A stretch of 64,000 nucleotides of DNA from Ramazzottius varieornatus. Lineage: Eukaryota; Animalia; Tardigrada. Of this stretch, positions 51,065-64,000 are shown piece by piece. The first letter of the stretch is position 1. Each line of letters begins with the position of its first letter. The DNA lies in the NCBI GenBank assembly GCA_001949185.1, contig BDGG01000005.1, positions 3,181,916 to 3,245,915 on the forward strand, read 5' to 3'. The notes beneath the pieces are model-generated. The model searched no databases. It was not told the origin of the DNA and saw only the letters and a program-made list of their open reading frames with translations. Made by a program: the position numbers and the translations under genes.

Positions 51065-51240
51065 TAGACCTGGCAAAAGTGTGATAAGTGTGGTGTGGTG
51101 TTTTTCGGTTTGGTGTGATGTAGTGTCCTAGGACACCGAATCCGAAAATTCGGTGTGAAACAGACACCACTTTTTTCGATTTGGTGTTTTCCGCATACCG
51201 AAACCAAAAAGTGTGGTTTTTTTTCGTGTGGCCAAATCTA
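51065..51240. mobile_element. 176-bp hAT-type MITE with 8-bp TSD CGCTCCAT, ~135 bp upstream of the first PPase ATG
   Basis: TAGACCTGGC...GGCCAAATCTA ends; CGCTCCAT at 51057-51064 and 51241-51248; internal GGTGT/ACACC repeats. Confidence 0.85.
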
Positions 51241-51415
51241 CGCTCCATGACGAGTTCTCAACTATTATTTTATTAAGAGCTGCTACACAGGAGTTTGGCA
51301 GAATGGAAACGAAGACAGAAACTTCCCGGATAACTGATCTCGGAGATCTGGTGCCGGGATTTTTCGGTTGGTGATAGTATTTCTTGTTGAGAAAGCTCAT
51401 TAGTTGCAACGTGCA

Positions 51416-52457
51416 TTATTCAGGAGCCTTCGTAGTCCCCTTCGTGATGGGTTCGGAACCGGTGTTGTTACTCCTCGACGGAACATCGGCCATGCGTCGG
51501 TTGCTGGGAAAGAATGAGGCTGGTGGAAAACCTATTGAGTTTGCGGCAGGTCCCGTGGCACTTCCTAGCCCGTACCCACCGTTAGTGTAACTGAGGCCGT
51601 TGCTGGTAGGTGACGATGGATTGACCGTGTCGATGACGGTAGTTTCCGGTGTGTGGCAGATGTTTCCGCATCCGTTGTTGCAACAGATCTGTCCCGCACC
51701 ACAGTCCTGACTCCGTTGACATTTATCTGGACAAACTATGGTGGAAGCGAGACCTCCACGTACCCGGTCGTTGGCGGTGCCGACTGGAACTTTGTAAACC
51801 AGCTCATCAAAACAACGACCAACTACCAACGAAAGCAGAAGTAAACGTTCGGAACTTGAAGATATCGGTCTTGAGAGCCTAACTTGGTACTTGTCAATAC
51901 CTTTGGTTCCGGTTGGTTGCACCAGTGGACTGTTGAAATTCATTCGACGGCATCTGTAGCTACCACCTTGTTGATCAAACGACGTAAAGCTCAGTGGTTC
52001 GCAGTATCTTCCGGGTCCGCAGTTTATAGCCTGAAAAGTGAACGAGTTGGAACATGTACATGAGAGAGAAATTTGAATCATAATACGATCAGTTCATCAT
52101 AGACGGTACCATGCATGGGTCGCGGATTCCAGTGGTGTATGGATTTGAGGGGCTCATTGGGTAAGGTGAATATGGTGAGCCGCTTGATGGATAGATCGGG
52201 TTGACGCTGCCGTAAACGGATGGATAAGTGCTGTAGGGATTTCCGATTAGTCCAGAACCTGTGGGGTAACCAACGGCAGAACCCGTAATTAAGTTCGACG
52301 AAAATGGGTGTGGCTGATAGGCGCTCGTGGGGTGTCCATGTCCGCAGCAGCTGCTACCGTATGGCAAACCATCTGCACTGTAGAACGACTGACCGGAAAC
52401 GGCACAGATGAGCCCTGATAGCAGGCCCATAATCGAAAAACACAAGGTAGCTCCCAT
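51416..52457 (-). CDS. Secreted protein: Y/P/S/G-rich region, small Cys module and one WAP four-disulfide-core domain; exons 52457-52110, 52030-51901, 51822-51416
   Basis: Signal peptide MGATLCFSIMGLLSGLICAVSG; DPCMAINCGPGRYC; spliced KVGRC-x26-CPDKCQRSQDCGAGQICCNNGCGNIC with all 8 WAP cysteines. Confidence 0.8.
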
Positions 52458-53417
52458 TTTGTCCCAAGATTGTAGAATTAACCAGATTTGACTTCAGTAT
52501 CTGTCTGCAGTAGTGTGAGACCATACATCATGTCCTTTATACGGACATTGCTTTGTATTGCTTTGTATGAGCGTATTTTACGATATCGTGTTTTGTGAAA
52601 GATCCGGCCACCTTTGCATGACTCACGGACAGTAAATTTCCAAGGTGGGATTCCAGAATGTGACTGCCGACCTGATGATCTATACGACCTCGTATTTTTG
52701 CAATACCTGATTTTTTACGACAGAAATCAGGTTCTCGTTTTCATAACGCTGAACGTTTTGAAGAAGTGGAAGTAAAGGTGCTCATATGAATCGAAATAAA
52801 GTAGGGAGTGCTGTAGTTTTTGACGTCTTGGTGTGTCTAAACTACAGTGGTGTAGAAATCACTGCGATCACCGTACTAAAGTTGAGTAATCTTTTAGACA
52901 CACGGAAGACTTGACCAACCGGTAGCGACTGACGTGCAGTTTACGATGTGTCTATAGTGCGCGTCATCGCCGAGCCAGAACAAGGCAATCGTGTTTCAGA
53001 TTAACGAGTTTACAAGCTCGGAGTTCTGTCTTGAGAGCGTCAGGTAATGACATCAGGTTTCAGGTAAATTTTAAACACAGTAAATTTCCTCAGCGTTCTC
53101 AAGAAACGCGTTCCAGTGAAAACCCAAAACAGTCATTCCACGTATTCCGGGTACGATCATTTACTTTATGCAGGCTTGAGACAGATCAATAGGGGTCTTC
53201 AGTCTTGCTTGCAGAACTGTGTTGATTGCGTTGATGTAGAAAGCAACTTTCCGAATTTCGCTAACGGGGAAAGCAGCCCTCGAGCTGCTTTTCTCGAAAT
53301 TTCGATTTCTATTTGTATTTACCGAACGTTCCCTGCTTTTCTGCTTGAGCTTTTCTCTCCTCCTGCGTACATATCCTACAGGTTACGAATTCTGACTTCC
53401 GTTTCACAGCTCTGACT

Positions 53418-53870
53418 ATGGGAAGACGCAAAGAAGTAGCTACCGACGTTGAGACGAGTCAGACACCAGCGAAAAAGTCTCGCAAGCCACGAGCAGTCAG
53501 AGAGCATGTCTCAGACAACTCCCAACCGAGCAACTATGGAGTGTGGATGCCTGGCGAGGAAGAGCAGCTGGTTCAGTGGATCGAAGATCCCACCAACTAT
53601 CTACTGTACAAGGGAGCAGGAAAGAAGAACACCGCAACGGGAAAGATGGCGACGACCGGAACGACAAAGGCTGCAGTGCAGCGCAAGATATCCGTTCACT
53701 TGGGCCAGCTTGGCGTTCACCGAGATAGTACGACAATCAAGAACAGCTCCTTCACCTGGAAAAAGGATACAAGGCGGCAATGGTCTTTCTAAAATCTACT
53801 GGGTCTGGCTGCGGCAATCCTGATCCTGACATACCTATTGAGGAGAAAATGGAGGACGCTAAAAAGCAAG
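53418..53870 (+). pseudogene. Myb/SANT-like DNA-binding protein relic of PIF/Harbinger type
   Basis: W..GEEEQLVQWIEDPTNY..YKG...TKAAVQRKI..HL..LGVHRD..TIKN, then a frameshift into LLHLEKGYKAAMVFLKSTGSG; no partner nuclease ORF recognised. Confidence 0.55.
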
Positions 53871-54603
53871 GTAAATTTTCACCTCGATCAACTGGCGCAG
53901 TTTGTAACGTCAGATCAGGCTTGTGACATCAGCACAGGCGTTCCAACCAACCACCCATTCTTCCAGATCCTCAATGAAACGCTTTCCTTCGGAAATGCCC
54001 GGCATAATGAGTTGCAGCGCAGTACAAAGTGAGGGAACAGTGTGAATATGATAAGCGGGAATTAAAAGCATACTTTTCGTCAAATTTATTCAAGAACAGA
54101 AGGTCCGTAATTCGATAAGTTCGAACTTCCCTCACTCACGCTTGATTCGTGTTGATCAAGCTAAGTTAATTTAGTAAGACGTTTGCGGTTTCAACGAGTT
54201 TCGCAAGCAAGACTGAAGACCTCTAATGTGTGGCAAGTGTTCCGGCTTTCGTCGCATGCTCTGATGTGGTGCGCCTTGGTTCATCCGCAGCAATCAAAGC
54301 GGTAATGAAAGACCAGAAGTGTGCGAAAATCTGGTGACCGTAGCGCATTTCTATTGCATAATCGTTATCACGATGTACTGTACAACGCAGACCTCTTCCT
54401 CCTCCGACGATTCACCTAATGTTTATCATGTAATCATTTCCGGTCATGGCAAAACAAACCGGACACTAGTACTTTGATGCAGTGGCTCAGGCGACCATCA
54501 GGGATACCGAAGAAATCATCGAAGGCGGAAACATTTTGAAAAAACATCCTCGGACCGCGGTTCTCCACTTACCATTGTCAATACAGTAGCCGTACCCGAA
54601 GTA

Positions 54604-54809
54604 CTCTAAACTACCGATCTAGTGGGACAGGTTTGGGTCCGGGTGCGTGGAAAAACACTCCCCAGATCATGGGTGGAATATCTGGTAAACGTGTGTACCG
54701 ATCAGCTGAACGATATGACATCACACATAACAGCAGGTTCCGCTAGTTCCAGCCTGTCTTTTTACACGGACCCGGACCAATCTTGTCCCACTCGATCGGT
54801 AGTTTAAAG
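54604..54809. mobile_element. 206-bp MITE with TA TSD
   Basis: TA|CTCTAAACTACCGATCTAGTGGGACAGG...CTTGTCCCACTCGATCGGTAGTTTAAAG|TA. Confidence 0.8.
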
Positions 54810-55720
54810 TACAGCAACCAGACCGACCGCTGACGAGTATTTGGGCTGACCACGATGCATGAAAACTTCAGCCGAATTCGCCGAGCACCCGTACAGTTCC
54901 AACGTTAACAAACCAAGCGACAGTTTCAGAACACATCTGTTTCCACTTTGCGTCGAAGTCACCTTTCCTGCGCAAACGCGGATATGTGGCATAGGCGAAA
55001 ATAATATACAAGCGGCTGGCCTAATTATTGGCCTGGACAAAATTTCTGGCCACTGCTTCCGAATCAGCGGCTCCGCCAGCTGTATTCGCTTGCGGCTGAA
55101 ACGAAACTGGTTTCACCACAGATTACCGCTTTACCGAAACGAACAACCATACGTTTGCCGAGATCTTCTCAATCATCGGTAGACCTGATTTTCTTCTATA
55201 TGATTGGTTAATTAGCTAGGCAAATGCAGCTCTGATGGTAAATCAACGTCAAAACTTGACGTTTCTCGCCGGAAAGGCCTTTACTTAGGCCTTATGAGCC
55301 AACCGCACGAACTGCCTTTTTCAGGCTATCCTCCATATACTTTCGCTGTCTTTTGCCCTTAAGACCTTCCGGCATATTAGAGGCTAACCTTCCTCAAGAT
55401 GGGAAAAGAAGTACGAAATAAGAAACAAAATCTGGAATGACGCTGTATTCCGCACATTGAACTGCGAAAGTTTACTTGCTGACGTCACAGGGCTAGTTTC
55501 TGCTACGACATAACAATCTCTGCGTCAAACTGCAGCCAGCCCGTCCGACCAGAAATTACGTACAGGCCAATAATTAGGCCAGCCGCGTGTACTGTATACT
55601 TGTGGTAATCTCCAGAAGTCACTCAAACGACGATAACATCCGAGGAAACGGTGGCAAAGCACCCAAAGCGGCAAAGCTATGCTGTCATCCGATTTCATCA
55701 GACACATAATCAATCATAAG

Positions 55721-56240
55721 AGTGCCTATATCGACATCGCTGCGATACGATATCGAAAAAATACCGTATCGAAATATCGGCATGCCATATATATCGAAAA
55801 GGGCAATACGATATCAGCCCATATCGTATCGGCAGATATCGAATATATTAATATTTCAATCTATCGATATTTCCAGTTGGCGAATTTTGGCCGAGAAAGT
55901 GTGCAAAGTTTACAGGTCTTGAGCACCAAACCGGCAAACTTCAGGCTTTTTCAAGTGTTTTGAGTCATTGTCAACCTAAGGTACAGCCGATCTAAACGGC
56001 GCTTCATTGCTGAAGGTCCTAAACTGCTCGGCGCACTGACATATTACTGTTCTCGCGCTAGGCGGGAACTTTTATCGATATCTCGATATATCGTTGCAAT
56101 AAAATTGGATTTTTCGCAAGATACGCTATCCAAAACATACCGTATTGAAATGCCGAGATATTGAAAAGCGCGATACGATATCCGTCAATATTTTATCGTA
56201 GAATAACGCATCGTATTTTATCGTATTGTTGCCAGCACTG
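55721..56240. repeat. Probable non-autonomous hAT-like element with dense CGATA/TATCG subterminal repeats
   Basis: Clusters of GATATCG/CGATAC at 55729-55870 and 56073-56225; AGTGC...GCACT ends; no TSD seen. Confidence 0.5.
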
Positions 56241-56325
56241 AAATGGACGGTTGAGCTGGAAGCCGCGACATTGTAGCGGAGTCGATATATTCTACAGTTA
56301 CAGTCCTTCCTGCGAGACTTGACAA

Positions 56326-56538
56326 TAGAGCCCTGCAACATGCAGCACGTCCTGCACTGCACTGCATTTTACTGCAATGCAGTGCAGTTGCAGTCGCCGA
56401 AGTGGTGAGAAAATGCAGCGCATTGCAGTTGCAGTTTGGAAAACAGGAGAAAATTGCAGATGCAGTGAAGTTGCAGTTTCTGGAAACCGGATGCAGTGCA
56501 GAAACAGCACTGATTTCAGCTACTGCTGCAGGGCTCTA
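56326..56538. mobile_element. 213-bp hAT-type MITE with 8-bp TSD CTTGACAA
   Basis: TIR TAGAGCCCTGCA/TGCAGGGCTCTA; CTTGACAA at 56318-56325 and 56539-56546; interior is TGCAG/CTGCA repeats. Confidence 0.9.
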
Positions 56539-59500
56539 CTTGACAATTGCTTCTTCTGCTACTGAACAGCGATTTCGCACCAGCTGGCTCGCCATGCTGT
56601 ACACTGCGCAACATGATCAGTCGATCGATGCCATGTTGGAGCATGACTCGATCAGTAAATCAAGCGTGTTCCCAATCAGCGGATCGGTCTCACACAGACG
56701 ACATGGCAAACAACTCCGTGAACATGTGAACCGTTCGTACCATCCAACATTCATTTTTCACTACGAACTTCTGAACTGAGTACAGCCTTAATTGGACAAC
56801 CTTAATTGTTAGCACCCCTATTCCATTTCCTCGGGAGCCGCGCCAAAATCTTCGCGAGAGCATGCATACGATTTTTCACTTCGATGAACTCACTTCTTTT
56901 TCGACCTTAGTTCTGAAGAGTGGCGGTCGGTTTTCTGGAGTTTTACTGAAGGATTATTTGCAGTAGGACCTAACTCTATAGATCACCATGTGGGTTATCA
57001 GCGTATCGACTGCTTGGGGCGGGTAAATGCTGTTTTGCGTGGGCTTTACGATTACCGGTTTGTCAAAGTCCGAGCAACTGTCGAAGGTTGCCGTTTTTTA
57101 AGAAAGTCTTCCGGAAGTCTCGGAACGACTCAGGATACAGCAACCTGACAAGTCATGGGGCGAGTACCGTAACGTTTCCTACCTGGTGGATCCGGCTGGA
57201 CCCACCCCGTTCTATGGAAGCATATACTGAAGCATGATGTCTCTGCAGTAGAGCCACTCGCCCATAAATGCTCAACTGAAAGTGAGTTATTTCCGCGAGA
57301 AGTATCGTCCAAGCTGACAGTTCCTGATCATCTTCCTCAGCGAAAAAAGCCCATGCATATGATGGGCAAACATGTACAACGAACGGGTATGGAGGTCCGA
57401 TGTGCTCTCCGACACATGACGCCCGTAACGGCAAAAAGTACGAAATCCGTGAAACGGAGCTTACCTTCTCAATTTGAATGCTCCCACTGCCATTTTCCCC
57501 CACGGGAGAAATGGATTCTGGAAGGTATGAGACGACAAGGTAGCACAACCTTCAGTTAGGAAATCTTGACCAAAACCAAAAGCTTTTGTTGACGTATACA
57601 TCTGACAGTAGAAACGTTCAGATCATTTACATCGCCTTTGCTGCCGGTGACTCGATTTTGCAAACGGCGCGAAGACCAAGTCTATACACAAGGACTTAAC
57701 TTAGCGGCCCATACACATTAGCTTGTGGCTGTGCGTGCAGCTGGGCTTTCTGTAGCTCTTCAGTGAAGTCCTAGGCTCCAGATGTTGCTCATTAGAAGCT
57801 TTCCAGTATTCTAAATTGTTCCTTAAAAATTGTCAGGACTCTGCTTCGAACTTCTGCCCCTAAAGGTATACGCTTGAGAGCAGAGTACTGTAGCAGAACG
57901 CTCTCTGACAAGGTTTCTGCTCTCCTCACTGAGACCAACAGTCTTCGAAGGCTCATTATACGCCTCCACTGTGAAGTTCCTTAAGCGTGAAGTCAGATGG
58001 GCTTTAACGATGGTTCTTTTATTAGTCCTCAAGTGTTAGTGGGAAAAAACTTATGTGACGCTTTGTGTTGGCTAGGGCACAACAACAGCTGCTATTCTCG
58101 CTACAGTCTGTATATAGTAATTAGTACCCAGTCTTTCACCGGTAAGTGCACCATCGAGTTCACTAGTATAGACTAGCTGTGACGTTTCCATCCACCCACT
58201 CACTCATGTTCCATTCTTCCTGTCTTTCTTTTTATGCACTTCATCGATCGGGAGGGAGCAGCGACGGAGAGAACCAACAAATTCTAAAAAGCCAAAAAGC
58301 CATACTGTCTTACCGCATTAGCATTCTGTCATTGCAAATATTCAGTCTCAACGTAAGGATAAAACGCAAGGATCTTATCTCAACGTCAGTGCAGAGATGG
58401 ACGACATCGTATGTTATTGTTCGCCATGTCTCTGGACGAACAAAATCCGTATGTTCCCTGTGGCAAGAGAGCTATTAGGGACTGTGTTCAGTGGTTGAGC
58501 GCTGAAGCGGCGGAATGTTCGCTGTCTGTCGAGTCCCCGCGGACCAGGCCTTTGTCGCAGTCCAGGCTGCCGGACAGACTGCCACTTGACAATGTCCCCT
58601 GCAATCACATAGAAGCTCTTTTAATCATATCTGATCCTGCCGCAGAAAAGTGAATATCCCTTCGAGCGAAACGATGAGTTCGATCGATATTGCGCCAGAT
58701 GTTGCAGCTCGTCATTCACAAGAGAAGAACATTATTAAAGTGTAACTGTGGCGTTGTGAAAGCTTTGTAAGGTTGTTGACATGTTTGCCTCAATATGAAG
58801 AAAGCTTTTATTGTAAAAAACGAGGTCGGGAGGAAACGTCAGCGGTTAGTAGAAATATCTACCAGATTTTCGGCTTTTCGTTCGGGTGATTAAATTAGTA
58901 CGAATAGAAAAATATCCAGTGCATCAACGGTACTGCGGTCTAAAATTAGATACGTCGGAAGACTGTAGCAAATGCAGATTAGCGGGTTTCGCTGTAAGGG
59001 GATATGCAGTGACGTCAACATGAGAAATTTATACGTAGGATGTGACGCAAGCACATTGCGCTGCAGATGCTCCGCTAACATAGCCGCCATGCTACGCACC
59101 TGTTCGCCTTTATCCCGAAAGATAAACTTTTTCCTCTTAGCTTTCTGCTGGTTGATAATCATTTGGAGGACTTCATCGGAATCGGCATTGTCCTTCTTGT
59201 CCAGCCGTATCTCAGCTACCGGTTCAGTCACCTGGATTTTCGGGATAGCTGCATCTTCTGTGCCTTCCGTAACGGAAGTCGTGCTGGCATTCAACATGGC
59301 TGGAGTCAGCACAGCAAGTGGAAGAAAGTGAAGTGGAAGGTCGATTCAATCAGAGAGTTTCGCAGCAGGGAAAAAGAAATGTCAATACGCAGACTGATCT
59401 AATTTAGATCTTCAGGGCCGTGAAGAATATTTGGCATTGAGAGTCACACTTTCGGTGGTAAAGTACTTCTTCTGTACGGTAGAGGACACGAAACTATCTC

Positions 59501-61240
59501 GATGCAATCAGTCGCGTTATGACTGGAAAATAATCTGCCCTAAGAATACTCAGCCTAGCGACGCCTGTTTGTCATATCTCTACTCGAACGAGATCCACGC
59601 GGGAAGATACAACGGCTGAAAGAAAAGAGAGAGTCGCTTCGGTTATGAATGATGAGAAACTGTAGCAAGTCATTAGGGGATGTATCCGCTGTGTGGTAAA
59701 GATGAAAGGGGGAGAGCTCGAACCGGAACCACGGCCAGATTTACGGTTTTCTGGCCTTCGCCTAATCTGCCTCCCCGTACACGCCGTAATCGCATCTGGA
59801 AGGCAGCGTGCTGAATGGATACAATGACTATCGACTGCGCTAAGTAGCGCGCATCTGTTGTGGAGGCATGGCTAAGCCACTAACCACTAATCTCAGCTGC
59901 CTCCACGCTTTTCTTCTCGCAGAGTCGCTGGGTTCTCCGTTAGCAGTACTACCAGAGAATGCACTCGCACTTGAACTAATGAGGTAGGACGGAACACAAG
60001 GAGGGATTGTTCACTGATTTGACGTAGTTGTGTGTTCCTTCTGGCATAACCCACTGGGCTTAATGTTGGACAGGTAATGTAGATAGTTTCCGGTGTAGAC
60101 GAATTTCTGAAATTTAGCGAGGCGCACTCTATTCTTTTACACCTTGCTTTATGACGGGGCGATATGTTCTACACGATCTGTGGCAGCGTTGAAATTTTGA
60201 CAGACTCGAAGTCAGGACTGGATCTCGAGCTTACTTACGGTCTGGAAGAGCCCTTAACGGGTACTTGTAGAGCCATCCTACAGTTTTGCTTCTGTTCCTG
60301 TTTGTTCATGCAAATGCTTTCTTCGATGCTTAATTCACACTTGGACTAATGAAATTAGGTACAAGTATCAACGGCAAGCCGGAAGCCATCTTACGCGCTG
60401 TATATCTACTGTAACGGTTCAATAGAAAAGGATTCAGATGCCTATAACAATAATTTGTGCGCTGCTTACTGTATATACCTATGAGAATGACGACAACCAG
60501 TTATTCGACCGTCGAAATCTTAAGAGGGTGTAATATGACGTTGTTGGTATTGATCCCCACGAACCACGACCAGATGTAGATGCTGATTGTTAAGCTAGCT
60601 GTAGCCAATGGGCTAGTGTGGTCAATTTCTGGCATTACTCGCGCCAAGCCTCGTGACGTTGTTTAGCAAATCGCTGAGAGGTCAGACTCGAAACTGTCCT
60701 GCTCAGCCTTCTGCTGGACGGTTTCATATTTGAACACTTTAGCCATACAGAACGAATACACCCTTCGAGTCCCCGGTTTGATAGATCAGCAGGGGATTAA
60801 ATCGTCAGGAGGCCCACCACTTATGAAACCATTAAGCTTGTCAACCCAGATCAAATTAAAGTTCACGCTAAAGCACTCACCGCCATAATATGGGTTTTAG
60901 TGATCAGAACGAATCCGCCCCCAGAGACTGTCACATCGGAGTCCAGCAGGTTTATGTGCGTCAGGACATGGCGGCTGTATTTCAATGGTGTTCGAGGTGA
61001 CTTTAGACTAACTAACGGGCGTTTTCAGTTTCGTTACCTGCAATCCAAAGAAAAAGCTTCGTTTTCTCCGGCGGCTACTATCCAGCAACCACAAATCGGT
61101 ACTTGGGGTACTCGTACCATTACCTGTTCGATGCAAATCACTGGAAGTTACTGTAAACCCATTCCAGTGGACAGAACCACAGCACTGCATGCGTAAGTGT
61201 ATGCATAGCTGTGCTTCTCACTGATCACTCTTTTTTCGTA

Positions 61241-61331
61241 CACGCGCCTGGCCTAAATATNNNNNNNNNNNNNNNNNNNNNNNNNNNNNNNNNNNNNNNN
61301 NNNNNNNNNNCATATTTAGGCCAGGCATGTG
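61241..61331. mobile_element. MITE family A copy spanning an assembly gap
   Basis: TA|CACGCGCCTGGCCTAAATAT-NNN-CATATTTAGGCCAGGCATGTG|TA; same TIR as 16506-16669. Confidence 0.8.
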
Positions 61332-61697
61332 TACTCCGCCGCGGTTTCGTTGTCTTAATTCTCTCCGCATTTTGCTTAACAATATTCTGATCAAGGAAAC
61401 GAAGCAAACCAAGGTTCTGGTATCTAATGGAACAAATGCCAATTTGTCGAGTAGACAAAAATGGACGCACTCGACAGAAGTAGTCTAGGATTCGATTAAG
61501 ATTTTCACTTGCGTATTGTTAGGTTCAAAAGTGACTTTAACACATCAATCTGGAATGCAGCGTCAAGGAGTGCGGGCGGCATATAACCAGTTCGTAAACA
61601 ACCATTCGCTTGCATCGTCCGAACAAACCTTTGACTTGAATTAGGTTAGCAGGTTAAACTAAACCGTTGTGAAGAACGCAACTCGGACTCCAAAGTT

Positions 61698-62040
61698 TTA
61701 TACCAAGGTACGTTCGACATTTTTTCTTCTAATACACCTACAACGGTTCAAATCGTACGTCCTCCAACAGCATAAATGCATGGTTTTTTTTGCAATCCAG
61801 CGGTAGAAAGCGGATACTTCTTTGAGCATAATAAAAATCATGTTGACCGCGCACGAAAGGCTATTCGACACAGACGCCGCCTTAGATGAGTATGAGCGTT
61901 GTGACTTATCGAAAAAGCCGGGCGCGGTGGGCCCGTTGCAGAGATTCGCTGAGCAGTGGCAGGCGTCTCCATCTTGGGTAGATATGCATCCGTCAAAACT
62001 GGCTATTGGAAATTTCGTTGCGCATCCTCTGATCTGTGAA
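61698..62040 (-). CDS. Possible Ly6/three-finger (quiver-like) C-terminal exon or pseudogene
   Basis: IRGC...GC...ACHCSANLCN followed by a Ser-rich stretch and a hydrophobic segment; upstream exons not resolved. Confidence 0.4.
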
Positions 62041-63282
62041 CATCGACCCGGAGCTTGAACCTGCATTTGCCGCTGGTTTTTGCTAACTGGCGCTTTTGGT
62101 CATGGCGAGCTTTCGCTCTTTTTTGACGTGAGGATCTGGGGAACATTCAGATACGCGTACATTCAGAGTTGGCACGCTTGGCACTCAAACCGGAGGTTGG
62201 AACAGTGGCTGAAAGATGAGCAGGACCCCAGCTTTACCTGAAGCAAACTTGGCGATGCAGCCAACTAATTAATGGCGTTAGTTATCGTACAAAGCCGGTC
62301 AACGCAGGTCAGCATTGTACGCAGTGCCTTGCCCTAACACACTCGCGCACTAACGTTATAGCCATGTGATTCATGATGCGCTACTAACCGTGCATTCAGT
62401 CGTGACGGGAGTACTCAGTGCGGGACTTTCCGGAAACAAGCATACGACACATGGGCTGTGGGCAAGGTTCCTCGGAAGTCTGGGGTCATGGCGTAGAGGC
62501 ATAATCGAGGAAGTTCAGGCAGGGAGCAGGGTAGCCCAAGGGTGGGGGTCGGGGCTTGCCATGTGGAGGCCGAGAATTTTCAAGAAAAACCCGAAACCCT
62601 CCCTTGCCCTTCTCAAATTTCATCAGCTGTGCCTCTACGCCATGACCCCAGACTTCTGAGGAACCTTGCCCACAGCCCACATACACATATTCCAAGTTGA
62701 TTTTAGCGCAAAAAATCCCTCCAAATTTGCCAATCTCGATACACATTTTGCCCAACCGATAATCACATCTTATATTGAACAGAAAATATTACCTCTACAT
62801 ATTCGCAGAGTGAATTGTAGTACGTTTCGTTTTTGTCTTCAAGCTTCTGACAGCACAGTTTGCTCGAACGAATGCTTAAATGCCGGTTGATGTTCGTATG
62901 AAACGTGCGTGGCATTTGAGTCTTGAGAATTTAGATACTTGGACTTATTTTATCACTGGAGAAATCAGCTTTAAAAATGTGGCAGGTGACAAGAAATACA
63001 AGACATCAAAAGACACTGCAGACTACTGCCAATCCTTTTTCCATCCGCCTGCGCTGCTACTGTTACTGCTACTGTGCATCGATGTTATTGGCCGCAGGTA
63101 CTGTGCGATCCGCAGCCTTAACCCGCTAGTGGCCAGGCATAAACGCAGACGCATTTTTAGATCATCTTTGCTCTTTTGCTCGATCAAAAAATTCAGCGAG
63201 TATAAAAACATCTCTTTGAGAGTGAGAAAAACTGGGTGAGAGTGGAAAACGTCCGTCGAGTTTCTCTCGACGCTGGTCGAGC

Positions 63283-64000
63283 TAATGATGAGCATTACAC
63301 TTTACATTACATTACATTTTACATTACATTTACACTTTTACATTACATTACAATCTTCGGAAAGTTGTAGTGTAAAATACAACTGTAAAAGTGTAATTAC
63401 ACTTGGAATTACACGCGAGTATAAAACCGAAATATCCGTTCAAATCGCCATTAACTGATTAAAAGCCGTGTTAATTGAACACGGGTTGAGGGAAACCATT
63501 GATTGAGTGATTGTCGATCTGAGAGAAGCTTTACATCAGTGGACATGATGACACAGTCTGGTTTACACTGCCGCAGTACGAAATATACGCAGCTGCTTTC
63601 GGCCTTATCATTCTTACTCCGTTCAATCTAATCTGACACTAGCGTACTTTGAGCTTGACTACGAACCTCTGTTTGCATACACGATGTCTGAAAGCGAGGA
63701 GAGCGACGAGGAGACCGATGAACAGCAAGACACAAAACGTAAGTGGACTTCTATGTGGTCGACATAGGGATTCTATTCACTGTGTTCGAATGATTGATTG
63801 CTGATTGATCGATAGGTGGCACAAAGGTTAGTCGTCTTGACCTGTGGACCGAGTTCGAAAGAAGTGCTGAATACTGGCCGAAGTCCAAGCACCGCAAAGC
63901 AACCTGTAAGCACTGTGTAGAGGCTGGTGTGAAAGTGGTCAAGCCGATTCGAGGTGACAGGCCGAGATTGCTGCAACATCTCAAAACCTGCGCGAATGTC
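63283..64000 (+). mobile_element. 5' end of a hAT DNA transposon with BED zinc-finger ORF (runs off window)
   Basis: TAATGATGAGC end followed by ATTAC/TTTAC subterminal repeats; ATG 63684, intron 63739-63815; translation LDLWTEF...KATCKHC...RLLQHLKTC matches the BED finger pattern. Confidence 0.75.

Noticed and set aside
57130-57560. Possible piggyBac-like Cys-rich C-terminus (HLP...RC...FECSHC)
   Set aside because: Cys pattern incomplete; no DDD core or TTAA-flanked TIR found.
58400-59312. Exon-like acidic/basic ORF on the minus strand
   Set aside because: No recognisable domain, and the next candidate exon contains an in-frame stop; gene model unsupported.
63295-63355. Telomere-like or microsatellite ATTAC repeat
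   Set aside because: Lies just inside a hAT-like terminus upstream of a BED-finger ORF; better explained as subterminal repeats.

Overview
Compact, intron-rich animal genomic DNA with short GT-AG introns and four assembly N-gaps; gene content suggests a tardigrade-like invertebrate (inference, not verified). The left ~41 kb is a lineage-specific, transposon-rich region. It holds four minus-strand natriuretic-peptide-receptor-like genes plus a broken paralog; the three complete ones stop just after the transmembrane helix with no kinase-homology or cyclase domain. It also holds an intronic tRNA-Thr(AGT), a decayed Tc4/Tc5-type DD37D transposon with 145-bp TIRs in a CTNAG site, a divergent class A GPCR, DIRS/Ngaro-type tyrosine-recombinase relics (one abutting a pogo DD35D transposase head-to-head), several MITEs, and an intact, intron-containing bacterial-type PQQ/sorbosone dehydrogenase gene (HGT candidate). 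The 42.8-51 kb block has TBC1D24/skywalker converging on a gene in which a family I inorganic pyrophosphatase runs in frame, within one exon, into a RanBP3-like FG/Ran-binding protein. The longer introns of these two genes repeatedly carry an inverted motif pair AGTGGCGCA-N(26-27)-TGCGCCACT whose spacer length, but not sequence, is conserved. The right end has a secreted WAP protein, a Harbinger-type Myb relic, hAT MITEs and the start of a BED-finger hAT element. Exon boundaries were read by eye.
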